Part shown: positions 1 to 12,495 of the stretch, piece by piece
Position numbering within the stretch: the stretch's first letter is position 1
How the letters are laid out: every line of letters starts with the position of its first letter
Assembly: GCA_951406725.2 (NCBI GenBank)
Contig: OX597820.1
Span: 120,714,001-120,778,000 of the forward strand
Source: Octopus vulgaris
Taxonomy: Eukaryota
Direction: 5' to 3'
DNA length: 64,000 nt
Notes under the pieces: model-generated
The model's input: only the letters and a program-made list of their open reading frames with translations
The model's database searches: none
Told to the model about the DNA's origin: nothing
Made by a program: the position numbers and the translations under genes

Positions 1-256
1 CTAGAGAAACGAAAATTGTTTAGAATCTCTCCAGGTCGATATTGGCCGGAATCTAAATAGTAAAGACTTCATACACATCTACACATCGTGGGACACATTT
101 TGAACCCCAGACTTATATTCTTTGTCCATCTATATATCTAAAGTGCAGCCCTTTATCAGTCAATGCAGATGCAATTTATCTACTTGAGGGAAAATTTAAA
201 TTATCATCGACAACGGAATGCGTTTATTAGTGTGTAAATTTATACATACATACACA

Positions 257-316
257 CCGGGCCGACCAAGGCTTGGGAGTGGATTTTAGTAGATAGAAAC
301 TGAAAGAATCCCCTTG

Positions 317-374
<58 letters not shown>

Positions 375-585
375 CGTGTGTGTGTCTGTGTTTGTCCCCC
401 CAACAACGCTTGACAACCCATGCTGGTGAGTTTATGTCTCTGTAACTTAGCGGTTCGGCAAATGAGACCGATAGAATAAGTACAAGGCTTACAAACAATA
501 TGTCCTAGGGGCGATTTGCTCGACTAAAGGTGGTGCTCCAGCATGGCCGCAGTCAAATTACTGAAGCAGGTAAAAGAGTAAAAGA
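257..585 (+). mobile_element. tRNA-derived SINE family A, 5'-truncated copy with internal (TA)n/(TG)n
   Basis: Colinear with the full copy at 50923-51328 (ccgggccgaccaa...gaaactgaaagaa...cttagcggttcggc...ggtgctccagcatggccgcagtcaa...aaaagagtaaaaga). Confidence 0.9.
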
Positions 586-740
586 ATATATATATATATA
601 TATTTAAATAATGAGGGAGATAAATTTAATATTAATTTAATTAATATCTATTTAAAACCAGTAGCCTAACATACAAAAATCTGAAAAATCAGAGAAAATT
701 CTAATACATGTGTATATTCAAAGGGCGCCCTTTGAATGTA

Positions 741-780
<40 letters not shown>

Positions 781-1190
781 TGTATGTATGTATGTATGTA
801 CGTAGGTATGTGTATGTAAATATGTATGTACATATGCAGAAAGAGAGAGAGAGTGACTGAATGAGTAAGAGGGAGATAGGTTGATGGAGAGAAAGTCTGA
901 GAGACGAAATATGCTGCCACACGTACCAATGATGTAGAGAGTTGAAGAACATTGATTTTCATTAGTATTGATATAGATAACAGGCCTCACATTTGCGCAA
1001 ATGTAAGCTTTGGGAATCTCGGTTCGGTGACGTGGAGCCGTGCTGCAAACGGAATCGATCCTGAAACGATGCCGCTGCAATTTCCATTTCTTTCTTACTT
1101 ATTCTTATAACGTGTCTAAAAGTCACGAGCCATTCGCGTGTATGCATGCATGCTTCGTGTTAATGAAACCATACATACATATATGTATAC

Positions 1191-1426
1191 AAGGCGGCGT
1201 GCTGGCAGACTCGTTAGCGTGCCGGGCGAAATGCTTAGCGGTATTTCGTCTGTCGTTATGTTCTGAGTTCAAATTCTGCCGAGGTCGACTTTACCTTTCA
1301 TCCTTTCGGGGTCGATAAATACATTACCAGTTTCGCACTGGGGGCGGTCGATGTAATCAACTTAATCCCTTTGTCTGTCCTTCTTTGTCACCTCTATGTT
1401 TAGCCCCTTGTGGGCAATAAAGAAAT
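1191..1426 (+). mobile_element. SINE family B, full-length copy
   Basis: Head aaggcggcg..ctggcagactcgttag, B-box-like gagttcaaatt, central ccttcatcctttcggggtcgataaa..taccag domain; about ten homologues in the window. Confidence 0.85.
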
Positions 1427-1866
1427 ATATATGTATACATAGATACACACACAATCATATATATATATATATACATGTATATGTATGTATATCATTGACG
1501 GAATCAGTATTTATGCCAGAAGGCAATTTTTATATATTACTAAACGTGGATGTACTATTAGCGCACCAAATACTGTGATGTTTGCCTCGAGAAATCTCGT
1601 GGAGACATCAATTGCAGACAAAAATCGTCTGTTCTGGACGTCAGAACTGCTAGATCACATGGTGTTAGCATGCTTTTCTTCTTCAGTTGCAGGTGACTAA
1701 CACCGCATATTAGCCACATGCTACAACCAAAGATATATATTATAAAAGTGGTGTATATACCAGTGTTTGATGTCAAATTAGCAAGCAAAATTATAACGAG
1801 TATTACGTATGATATGCATTCCGAATATGGCTCTCTCTCTCTAAATAATGACCTGAAACACTTCAG

Positions 1867-2173
1867 GTGTTGTTTGTTCCTTCTCGAGCCATGCCTGGCT
1901 CATAACGGCCGGTTTCCCGGTTTCTTGATGCATAGGTTCCCCACCTGGACGGGACGCCAGGCCGTCGCAGGTGAGCTGCAAGATGCAAAAGGAAAGGGTG
2001 AGAGAAAGTGGTAGCGAAAGAGTCAGCAGAAGTTTCGCCATTACCTTCTGCCGGAACCGCGTGGAGCTTAGGTGTTTCGCTCAAAAACACACACATCGCC
2101 CGGTCTGAGATTCGAACCCGCGATCCCTCGACCGTGAGTCCGGTACTCTAACCACTTGGCCATGTGCCTCCAC
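1867..2173 (-). mobile_element. tRNA-derived SINE family C, full length, 11-bp TSD
   Basis: Minus strand has A box tggccaagtgg and B box ggttcgaatc; TSD aaacacttcag at 1856-1866 and 2174-2184; second copy at 20828-21069. Confidence 0.92.
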
Positions 2174-3135
2174 AAACACTTCAGTTGAGTTTCCAAAACC
2201 AGAATATTTAGCTTCTCGTTTGCAATTGAATTATCGAAAGCTGGTTTTGTATATCTGATATTTAATCTGCTGAATATAACTATTTATTATATATCATTTA
2301 GTTACGTGTCGCTCTTCTACACTACATGCCAAAGGATTAACCTCTCCATATTTTGTAAGTAGGGTTCGCTCCTCACCTATCGTTGATTATATATACATAT
2401 TCACACATATTTCAATATACATGCACTTATAGCTACACCTCCACACTCATACGGACAAACACGCGGACACATACACAGGCATATATACATATATGTGTAC
2501 AAATGTATATGTGCATGTATGTATACTCTTTCTCTCCCTGTATATATGTGCGTGTGTGTGTGTAAGTGTGTATGTAATTACACAGAGATATAAAACGTAT
2601 ATATATACACATACATAGTGTGTTTGGACGCGTATGGGTGTGTGCGTGCATGGTTGTATGTATGCACGTACGTGTGTGTGAATGTGAGTGCATGTGTGTG
2701 TATATATGTGTGTATGTGTATGTGTATGCTTGCGTGAGTATAAACAAAGAAATGGGAAAAAATGATCCGTCTTCCTTCTCCCGCCAAGGCTTGCATACAA
2801 ATTGTTTCAGTGTATTTCTAGGACATTTATACAATTTTGTTATCTTATTAGAAATTTTTTGCAAATAAAAAAGACAACAGTTCTTGATTGAATTCTGTGA
2901 TATCTCACACCCCCACCCCTACCCTTTCGTTGTCCATCATATTTAATAATTTAATTAGTCGTGCTGTTGTCTCCTAGCTACAACCTAATATATTTCCCTG
3001 TTACGTACAGTTATTCTTTTGAATAAATCTACTCTGCTTCGTGTTTTATCCATTGTCATTACTCGTTTCCGCATATTTTCCTTTGAAATTTTCATAGTAT
3101 TTCTCCTATAACACATTTACACATCATTGTTTAGG

Positions 3136-3331
<196 letters not shown>

Positions 3332-3409
3332 TACGTATATGTGTGTAAATACCAATAAATACATCGATATTTGTCTCTGTCTGTCTCGTCTATCTCCCTC
3401 TCTCTCTCC

Positions 3410-3440
<31 letters not shown>

Positions 3441-5334
3441 TGTATGTATGTATGTATGTATGTATATACATCCATCTTTTCTACAACAGTAGTAAAGTAA
3501 ATCCTGCATATGCAACATACAATATACCACCACAACAACTACATAGGCGTCCAAACATGCGTTTTAGTATTTTATTATTCTTATATATGTAAAAATGTAT
3601 CTGTGATCTGGGTGAGTGAATGCTGTACGTGTACATATATACACACACACACACAAACACACACACTTATATATGTATACCCACAAGCGCTCATATGATA
3701 GTGTAAAAGCAAGGTATTTACGCAATAAAAAATATAAAATGTATTTTGGTTTTATGTATGGAAGTGTGAATAGAACAAAGTTTTAAACCATTCTACGTAA
3801 AGTAACTAAAACATGTGAAGGTATTTAACCGTCAACTAAACCATAAATACCGTTAAACTGGAGAATAGGCATAAAAGTGACAAAGATAAAGGAATAACAA
3901 GAAATTATTGCATAAAAGTTTCGAAAATATATATTGCAAATCCACCAACGCGCCTTTCTTCAAACATATTGCCAAAACTGAAACACGAATTTCAACACCA
4001 AACATTATTTATCCTAAATAAAGCGTTCATTTTATTTTTCTCCCAAACACTCCCTTTCCTTTTCTCTTTATTTCTTGCTGTCATTGCTCTCTCTCTCTCT
4101 GTCTCGCTCCCCCTCTCTCCATTCTCTTGCTCTATGCATCTGGATCGTTTTCCTCTCTGTCTCCTTCCCTTTAACCGTAATATATCAGAGTACAAAGTTC
4201 TTACCGTAAATGATATTTTAATGATGCATGGCTTTCGTCTTTTTACTAATTTTACTATTTTATATTGCATATACGTATACCCACATACATGTATTCAAAG
4301 ATGCATGCATAAATACAAATATACGCATGCATGTATGTATGTATGCCAGTTTGTCTTTGTGCGTTAGTGTTTCTCTTAGCATCAATATAAGGAAAGAAAA
4401 ACATACGAATATGTCAAATTTAATATCAGTTTTAATTCTTATTGAACTTTTGGTCTCAAATTTCGCACCCCCGCAACAAATTAGATGCTCACTTTCTTCA
4501 AGTTTCTTAAATCACTTAATAGGACAAGAGATTTCGGACAAAAGACAACCCGACAAAGTAGCAATATAAAGAACTAAAAATGTACGATGTAGAATATTAT
4601 TATAGAAGCCAAGAAAGGCCGGAAAAAAACGATAAATAATTGTTATAGGCAGCTGGGCGCTATGTGGTACTTCAATAAGTGAAAGTTTCACCGCAGGACA
4701 AATATCACAGTCGAATATCAACAGAATTTCCTGCGACGTTAAGGAAAAAAAAATAATAATAAATGGCATGAAACTCAGCGAAACACACTAACATCTATAG
4801 AAATCCAAGCTCGCAGTCAGAAATATGGAATATATAGATTTATCATAATATAGATATATAACAATCTCAATGCATAATGTATGTAGTAACACAGAAAATG
4901 TTACAATCATAGTTAACTCTGGAAAGTCTAAAACATTACGAAATACGAGGCAAAAGAAGCCACGAGCCATAAATCGTAAGCTAAAATTGCAATTAAAGGC
5001 TTCAACTTATTGCCACTATTAGGGGTTGATATAGAGAGATTGTATATATCAAGGATTCTCGGGGTGACTTCGGTCCGATGAAAATAATAAAAAAAATTTC
5101 AAAGCAAAAAGAGCAAATATATGCATTTATACATATAGCGCAAAGGAAATATATACATTGAGACAAAATCTAAAAGAATTTGAGAAGTGGAAAAATAAGT
5201 GTAAATAACTCTCCTTTGCTCATTTCTGTCGCTCTCTATCTCACTCTGTTATTATATGCATACATTCCTACAAATATATATATATATATATATATTATTT
5301 TATATGATATATATTATATATATGATATATATTA

Positions 5335-7580
5335 TTTTCTGTCTAGTTCCAGCTCAGAGCTGCGGCCATGCTGATGCACCGCCGTTTTGCTACACAGTTA
5401 TTACTAAGAGCCTCCTCTAATATGTGGTACTTGGTGAAGAATGGAGTTTGATGTAGCTACCCTCATTTGCACATCTTGCCATGAGGTAGGTTCATCTGGG
5501 ACACTCGACAGGATCCATCCAGCTTTGATTAAAAAAACCCTACATCTACTTTGTGCAGGTTCCTCAGGCACTTTGGGAGAATATTAAAAAGATGTAGGCT
5601 CCTGACTCCCAGGCTGTTGGAGTAACTGGTCCTGAATCGCGATGGCGTTGCTTGGATCTTTGGCACTATGAAGTGTCGTCCCGTTCTGGCATTGGTATAG
5701 TTTTCAATGCCAAAATTTAGTACAATTTCTTCCAGGATCTTCTAGATATATATTACGGCATATCTTTCCCGTCTTCTCTCCAGAGAGAGGAGTCTTAGCT
5801 GTTTCAACCTTTTCCAGTAGCTGAGCTATTGCAAAGAGACCATCTTTGTGAATCTTCTCTGGATTGCTTCAAGGTCCGCTGTTAATTTCACACTGGTGGG
5901 TGGCCATATCTGTGAGCAGTAATCCAGGCGGCTCTGGTTCTGAATGTTCTTAGGATCCATCTAGCCAGTCGTCTGCACGTTGTCGCCATCCTGGTAATAT
6001 GCACTTGGAAAGAAGTATCATCACTCATGTCGATACCCAGGTCCCTCATTGATTTAGGCCCTGGGAATGAAATTCCATGTGGACCGGTGTACCCTGTAAG
6101 TTTCATATTCAACTTTTGGTGCTGTTAGCGCAGGACTTTTTCAGCATTAAGTTGCATATTATTATCCTGCTGCAGGTGTGCAACATCGCTGGGGTTCTGT
6201 ATTTTTTGCGAGACTTTCGTTTCATATTCATAGCTTGCAAGGGTGGCTATCCTGGCACTTGCAAGGGTGGCTATTGGTGATGGCCACTATAAAAAATAAT
6301 GGTCCCAAGACAGTTCCCTGTTGAACACCGTTCACTATTTGTGTGTTCATAGAGGTGGCTCTATTAAACCCCTACCGCCTGACTCGTATCATTCAGAAAG
6401 TCATGAAACCACTCTCCAATTTTTCCAGCTATGTGAAGATCACGCATGATCCACATTGTCGAAAGCTTTTGCAAAATCAAGGTATATTACGTCCACATTT
6501 GAGTTGTTGAGTAACTGCCTCAACACCCAGTCATAATGTTGTATGAGCTGGGTCAGGCAACTCCTACCTGGTCGAAAGCTATGCTCAGCAAGTAATTTTC
6601 TTCAAGGAATGCGATTAGTTTCCCTCTGACTACCCATTCCCTGACTTTGCTGATGTGTGAGGTCAGAGAGATAGGCCTAAAGTATTTGGCATCTTCTCTG
6701 CTTCCCCCTTTATAGATTGGGCATATTATTCCCTCCTTCAACTTGCTTGCCAGTTTGCCATTTCCAAGAAAGCTCTGGAAGAGAATCTGGAGGGGTTTTT
6801 CCAGGGCATGCTTACACGATCTGAGGAGGTTTTCTGGGAAACCATCAGGACCAGCAGTTGAGTTTGTGTCCACTTCATCTATGGCTAGTAGTATATCCTC
6901 TTCGCTAATGTCAATGTATTCCATTGTAACTGCCCCGCTGGTTATAGGTGAGGCGGCCAAGGGGTCCACTGGTTCGTTCACTTGTCTGTGTTCCAACGGG
7001 GTGTTAAAGACACTTTTGAACTGGTCAGTCAGTATCTCACTGATCTTAGTTGGACTGTCTGTGAGGGAGCCATCCTTTTGGAGGAGGGGTCCTATCTTGC
7101 AGTGTACTGAGGCTGTTTCTTTCGCGTAATGAAAGAAGGCCTTCGGGTTTGACTTAATGTTTTTTATAATCCAGCATTCTTTGTCTGCTCTTTCCCTCAT
7201 TTAAGATTGTTGCAGGCTTTTTTCAATCTCCATCATTGTTGTTTTTAGGCGGGACCTTTCGCTACTTTGAGGATGTTGGTTGAGGCGACTTGCAACCTTC
7301 GTCCGTCATCTCATGAGGATCTTCCTAGTTGTGGTGGCCTTGTGCTCCGGGACATATTTCTGGAATATGGTTTGCACAACAGACATGAAACATTCTAGAT
7401 TCATGTTAATGTCTCGTGTGGAGAGACATTTCGGCCAGTCCTCTCTGAGGATCTCTTTCTGGAAGGGTTTCCAGTCTGCTTTGTGGAAATTCAGATTGGA
7501 TAGATTTCGGGTGCATCTTTTAGGCTGTATATCTCTGGTTACTTTCGGCCCAAACATAGACAGCTCTATTATGTTGTGTA
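5335..7580 (-). mobile_element. CR1/L2-group (Jockey-group) LINE, 5'-truncated and decayed ORF2 (endonuclease end + RT + 3' tail)
   Basis: ORF 6553-7200 has NIKSNPKAFFHY, TAGPDGFP, PIYKGG..YFRPISLTS; other frames give VIYLDFAKAFD and GVQQGTVLGPLFF; ORF 7306-7635 has LNFHKADW; 3' tail at ~5340-5385. Confidence 0.9.
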
Positions 7581-7584
7581 ATTC

Positions 7585-7905
7585 AAAATGTTTACATAAT
7601 TTTATCATAGTTGCCTTTCTTTTACAGTGGACCAAAAACTTACTAATACTGTCGAAGAAACGTTTCGGCTAGTGACACAACCATTTATGCACCGTTTCAT
7701 CCGTAGCAAAGTGAGGACGTCGTAAAGTACTTCCTTCTAATAGACGGAAGGGACAAGATCTGAACTGTACATAGGGTGTTCCACCAAATTCAAACCGAAA
7801 TTTTCTATGGGTTCAAATGTGTGGAAGGCCGTATTTTGGACTGTATTGTCGCACGTCAGTAAGCCTTTGGATGATTATATTCATCAGGTTTTCTTAGGAG
7901 CTGCT
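7585..7905 (-). mobile_element. mariner transposase 3' relic
   Basis: Minus strand near 7742-7785 translates EHPMYSSDLVPSV, matching the mariner HPPYSPDLAPSD motif. Confidence 0.55.
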
Positions 7906-7907
7906 TG

Positions 7908-8285
7908 GGATCTTTTCGGTTTGAACGGCAGTTTTCTGTAGCGGTGTCATATGAAATTGTCACCCATAATTGTGACCCTATATCGATCTATTGCATTTAA
8001 ATCTCTCTTAGGGTTAGGGTTAGGGTTAGATGTGGGGGGAAGGGTATCTTTTTTTCTTCTCAAATGTAAATAAAACTAATCTGTTTCTTAAACGATGGAC
8101 ATATTCATACGGCACAGAATGTTTATTACCTCAATGGACGTCAACCCTCACCCTAACTAACCCAAACTAACCCTATCCCTAAAACAGATTGAAATGCAAT
8201 AGATCGATACTAGGGTCATAATTATGGGTGACAATTTCATATGACACCGCTAGAAAAAAATCTGCCGTTCAAACCGAAAAGATCC
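7908..8285. mobile_element. TTAGGG-containing TIR element, fold-back variant (two left arms in inverted orientation)
   Basis: Ends ggatcttttcggtttgaacggcag / ctgccgttcaaaccgaaaagatcc; arms of ~110 bp are inverted copies; no TSD visible. Confidence 0.85.
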
Positions 8286-8646
8286 GAATATATATATATG
8301 TTTGAGAGACAGTATGAATACCGAGAGTTAATGCTGATCTCCATGCAAACGGCGATATTCTATTAGAAGAAGCAATGCTGAAGCAGACATCAAGATAGTG
8401 TCACGTCGGTTTTCTATAGTGCAAAATGCACTCTTATTTATCTTCCCGCTAGCAATCTATCCACACACACTCACACACACACACACACTCACAAGAACAC
8501 ACAAAAACACACACAGACACTTACACATGCAAACATTAGTATTACCTCGTTTGAATATTTACCACTTCCGAGGTTCCGCTCGCTATGAAACATATATAGC
8601 TCGGATTTTATCTACTCCAGACTTTAACTCTTCGATATATATATAT

Positions 8647-9037
8647 TACTCTTTACTCTTTTACTTGTTTCAGTCATTTGACTGTGGCCATGCTGGAGCA
8701 CCGCCTTTAGTCGAGCAAATCGATCCCAGAACTTATTCTTTGTAAGCCTAGTACTTAATCTATCGGTCTCTTTTGCCGAACCGCTAAGTTACGGGGAAGT
8801 AAACACACCACCATCAGTTGTCAAGCGATGTTGGGGGGACAAACACAGATACTCAAAGAAACACACACATATATACATGTATACGACGGGCTTCTTTCAG
8901 TTTCCGTGCACCCAATCCACTCGCAGGGCTTTGGTCGGCCCGAGGCTATAATAGAAGACACTTGTCCAAGGTGTCACGCAATGGGACTGAACCCGGAATC
9001 ATGTAGTTCGTAAGCAAGCTACATACCACACAGCCAC
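8647..9037 (-). mobile_element. SINE family A
   Basis: Reverse complement of 50923-51328 along its length. Confidence 0.92.
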
Positions 9038-9152
9038 AATGGATTTAATTATATCTTTTATCTTCATAATTGCATTATACCCATATTTATATGGTATCCT
9101 ACTGAAGTACCAATGAACTGGATGTTTACCACGCCCCTTTGAAGGATTTCTT

Positions 9153-9186
<34 letters not shown>

Positions 9187-9188
<2 letters not shown>

Positions 9189-9401
9189 TCTTACTCTTTA
9201 CTCTTTTACTTGTTTCAGTCATTTGACTGCGGCCATGCTGGAGCACCACCTTTAGTCGAGCAACTCGACCCCGGGACTTATTCTTTGGAAGCCCAGTACT
9301 TATTCTATCGGTCTCTTTTACCGAACCGCTAAGTAACGGGGACGTAAACACACCAGCATCGGTTGTCAAGCAATGCTAGGGGGACAAACACAGACACACA
9401 A

Positions 9402-9464
<63 letters not shown>

Positions 9465-9650
9465 TACGACAGGCTTTTTTCAGTTTCCGTCTACCAAATC
9501 CACTCACAAGGCATTGGTCGGCCCGGGGCTATAGCAGAAGACACTTGCCCAAGATGCCACGCAGTGGGACTGAACCCGGAACCATGTGGTTGGTTAGCAA
9601 GCTACTTACCACAAAGCCACTCCTGCGCCTATATAGCCACTCCTGCGCCT
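9187..9650 (-). mobile_element. SINE family A with duplicated 5' head
   Basis: Full-length homology to 50923-51328; agccactcctgcgcctatat occurs twice at 9615-9654. Confidence 0.93.
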
Positions 9651-9660
9651 ATATATATAT

Positions 9661-9900
9661 ATTGTGTCTAGGGATCGTCATTCTCTTGTGGAGCCTTATT
9701 ACTTAACACAATCACCAGCTCGATTGCTGCTCATTTAGTTATTTTTTTCTAGAAAATAAGTAAATGAGTGGAAATCGACAAGGTGCGTGTGTTAAGTAAC
9801 AAGGTAGCTAAAAGAAAATGACCCTCCCGAAACACAATAAAATATGCTTCAACACCTGAATTCCCATAAAGAATCTCGCAAGCCAAATACAAAAACCAAA
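9661..9900. mobile_element. Fold-back repeat, probable Penelope-like pseudo-LTR derivative
   Basis: Imperfect inverted repeat 9661-9838 (attgtgt...acacaat); homologues at 40172-40370 and 44470-44690. PLE origin is inference. Confidence 0.6.
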
Positions 9901-9914
9901 TATATATATATATG

Positions 9915-9984
<70 letters not shown>

Positions 9985-9999
9985 TGTGCGCGTGTGTGT

Positions 10000-10309
10000 G
10001 AGGCGCAATGGCCCAGTGGTTAGGGCAGCGGACTCGCTGTTGTAGGATCGCGGTTTCGATTCCCAGACCGGGCGTTGTGAGTGTTTATTGAGTGAAAACA
10101 TCTAAAGCTCCTCGAGGCTCCGGCAGGGGATTGTGGCGATCCCTGCTGTACTCTTTCGCTACAACTTTCTCTCACTCTTTCTTCTGTTGGCCTGCTCGCT
10201 TAGCCAGCGGGGCGGCATCATTTGAAGGCTAAAACAATGCGAAGCGCATTGTGACTAGCGATGTGTAGCAACATCTGATAGCCTGGTCGGTCACGGTGAT
10301 CACGGTGAT
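10000..10309 (+). mobile_element. tRNA-derived SINE family C' (family C head, different 3' half)
   Basis: A box tggcccagtgg, B-box-like ggtttcgattc; aligns to family C up to ctttctctcac, then diverges; tail cacggtgat x2. Confidence 0.85.
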
Positions 10310-10918
10310 ATATATATATATAATTATGTATGTATCAATTTATGTATGTATTAACGGTTGTGCGTGTGTGTGTGTATATGTGTGTTACTGTGCGTATGTG
10401 TGCATGTGTATGTGTGTGAGTATATGTATGTATGCGTATGTGTGTGTGTGTTAGTGTGTGTGTGTGTGTGTGTGTGTGTATAATACAGATGCCGAACTGG
10501 AACCCAACTAGATATCACGGAAAATTTTAAGACAAAATGAAACCCAAGAAGCATTTTCAAAATACTAAAAGAAATGTGCAAACTTAATCATAAATTGATG
10601 TAAAATGGAGACTAATGCGGTGACTTGAAATTTATTAGGACAGAAGACTGGTCAACGTGGAACGAAGCCAAAATGAAGAACATCAATAGCTGAAAATTTC
10701 CGGCATTAAGCGGCGTTTAATGGTCTTCTTTTATCAGCAATGGCCCAAATTAGAAAATTACGAAAACAAATGAATAAGTTATTGATTGGTGATTAATTTT
10801 GTTCTCATGTTTTGTTCATTCTCACTTAGGTAGGGAATGTGATCATCCTTAAATCCACGCACGAATATCTCAGGCGCCGCTTTGTGTGCCTTACAAAGCG
10901 GTCCTGTCGGCTCATTAT

Positions 10919-11267
10919 GTTAGTTAGTTAGTTAGTTAGTTAATTTGGCTCAAAAGCAAATAGCAAGGCCATGTAGGGGGACATGGAGTTAAGTACAGGG
11001 TGGTGTTCATGTAAAGAGTTCAGGCCACTTGAGGTCCAGGGAGGCTTTGAACAAAGCGGTCGTCGGCATCTTCACCATCTCGTCTGGTGGCTTGTTCCAC
11101 GGATCCGCAACCCGGAGGGAGAAAGCTCCTCTCCTTCGATTGAGATGAAATCGTCGCAGGTAGAGCTTTTCGGAATGACCCCGCAGCCGACGCTCTGGAG
11201 CAGGAGTGAAGAACAGCTCTTTCGAGAGGTTACACTTTCCGCTTATGATGTTGTGGGCGAGAATGTA
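10919..11267 (-). mobile_element. CR1-type LINE 3' fragment with (TAAC)n tail
   Basis: Minus strand translates RLRGHSEKLYLRRFHLNRRRGAFSLRVADPWNKPPDEMVKMPTTALFKASLD, the CR1 ORF2 C-terminal pattern; the tail reads gttagttagttag on +. Confidence 0.85.
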
Positions 11268-11519
11268 CTCAATAACACTGAGTAATGAACTCTCCTCTTC
11301 GCATAGACCATTATACTCGTTTTCGTTAAATTTAAACTCGACACTTCAGTCTCCATACAGCAATTCAAACTGCGATATGAAGTTATATACATAGAAAGAA
11401 CAAAATTATGCAGTCATTGTAGAGACGTATGTAATTGTTTCTGAAAAAAAAACGAAAGAAAGGAAGAAAATATAGAGTTATGAATTTTTGCATTGCAGAC
11501 AAAAAAGAACATCTTAATT

Positions 11520-11890
11520 TTTTATTTGATTCACGCAGTAGTCTACGGCCATGCTATAGCACCGTCTTTAAGATTTGTAGTTAAACTAATTTATCTCAGT
11601 AATCATTTGGTTTCAGCCTGGCAATCATTGTATCGGGATCTTCTCTCGAACCGCTAAGTTACGTGGATGTAAAAGCACTAACACGGGTTGCTAAGCGGTG
11701 GTAGGAGACAATCAAACACACGCGCGCGCACACACACACTTTTACGTCAGTCTTCTTTCAGTTTCTGAAAGAAGCCTGACATCCGAGAATATAGCAGGGC
11801 GCAATAACGCTAGGTTTCACGCAGGGGCACTGAATCCGGAATCAAGTGCTTCCAAAGCAAACACCTTACCAAAGTGCTAAGCCTTGCGCA
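11520..11890 (-). mobile_element. SINE family A, old diverged copy
   Basis: cggccatgctatagcaccg...gaaccgctaagttacg...cttctttcagtttc...gggcactgaatccggaa match family A. Confidence 0.75.
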
Positions 11891-12092
11891 ATGCCACGCC
11901 TCCCTACATTTCTAAAGAATTCAAAAGTTAAACAAATTCACGTAAAATATCACAGCTAAAATATAGAAAAAACGTAGCGTTGAAAGTTCGAGACCATTCT
12001 TTGTTAAAGAGAATTCACCAGAGAAGTAGAAAATGAATATGGAATGGTGCATGAAAATGTGGTGCCTCCTCTATAGTGGACAAGTCAATATA

Positions 12093-12176
<84 letters not shown>

Positions 12177-12325
12177 GTGACAGAGAGAGAGAGAGTGAGA
12201 GAGAGATAGACAGACAGACAGACAGAGAAACATGAATATGTATGTGTGTGTACATGAAAGTGTAATCATTAAAAATGTTAGCTGTTGCATCTCCCTCTAC
12301 CTTTCCGCATTTACGTCTTTCCCCT

Positions 12326-12356
<31 letters not shown>

Positions 12357-12409
12357 TCTCTCGTTCTCTATCTATCTATCTATTCATGTATCTATTTATC
12401 TATCAATCC

Positions 12410-12495
<86 letters not shown>

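Noticed and set aside
145-225. Possible relative of the permuted hammerhead (minus: ..gtcgatg..agtagataaa..cattga ctgataa aggg)
   Set aside because: Core is altered (CUGAUAA) and the GAAA/stem III module is missing; at most a decayed copy.
8008-8030. TTAGGG repeats as telomere or chromosome-fusion relics
   Set aside because: Always at a fixed position inside the TIR element family.
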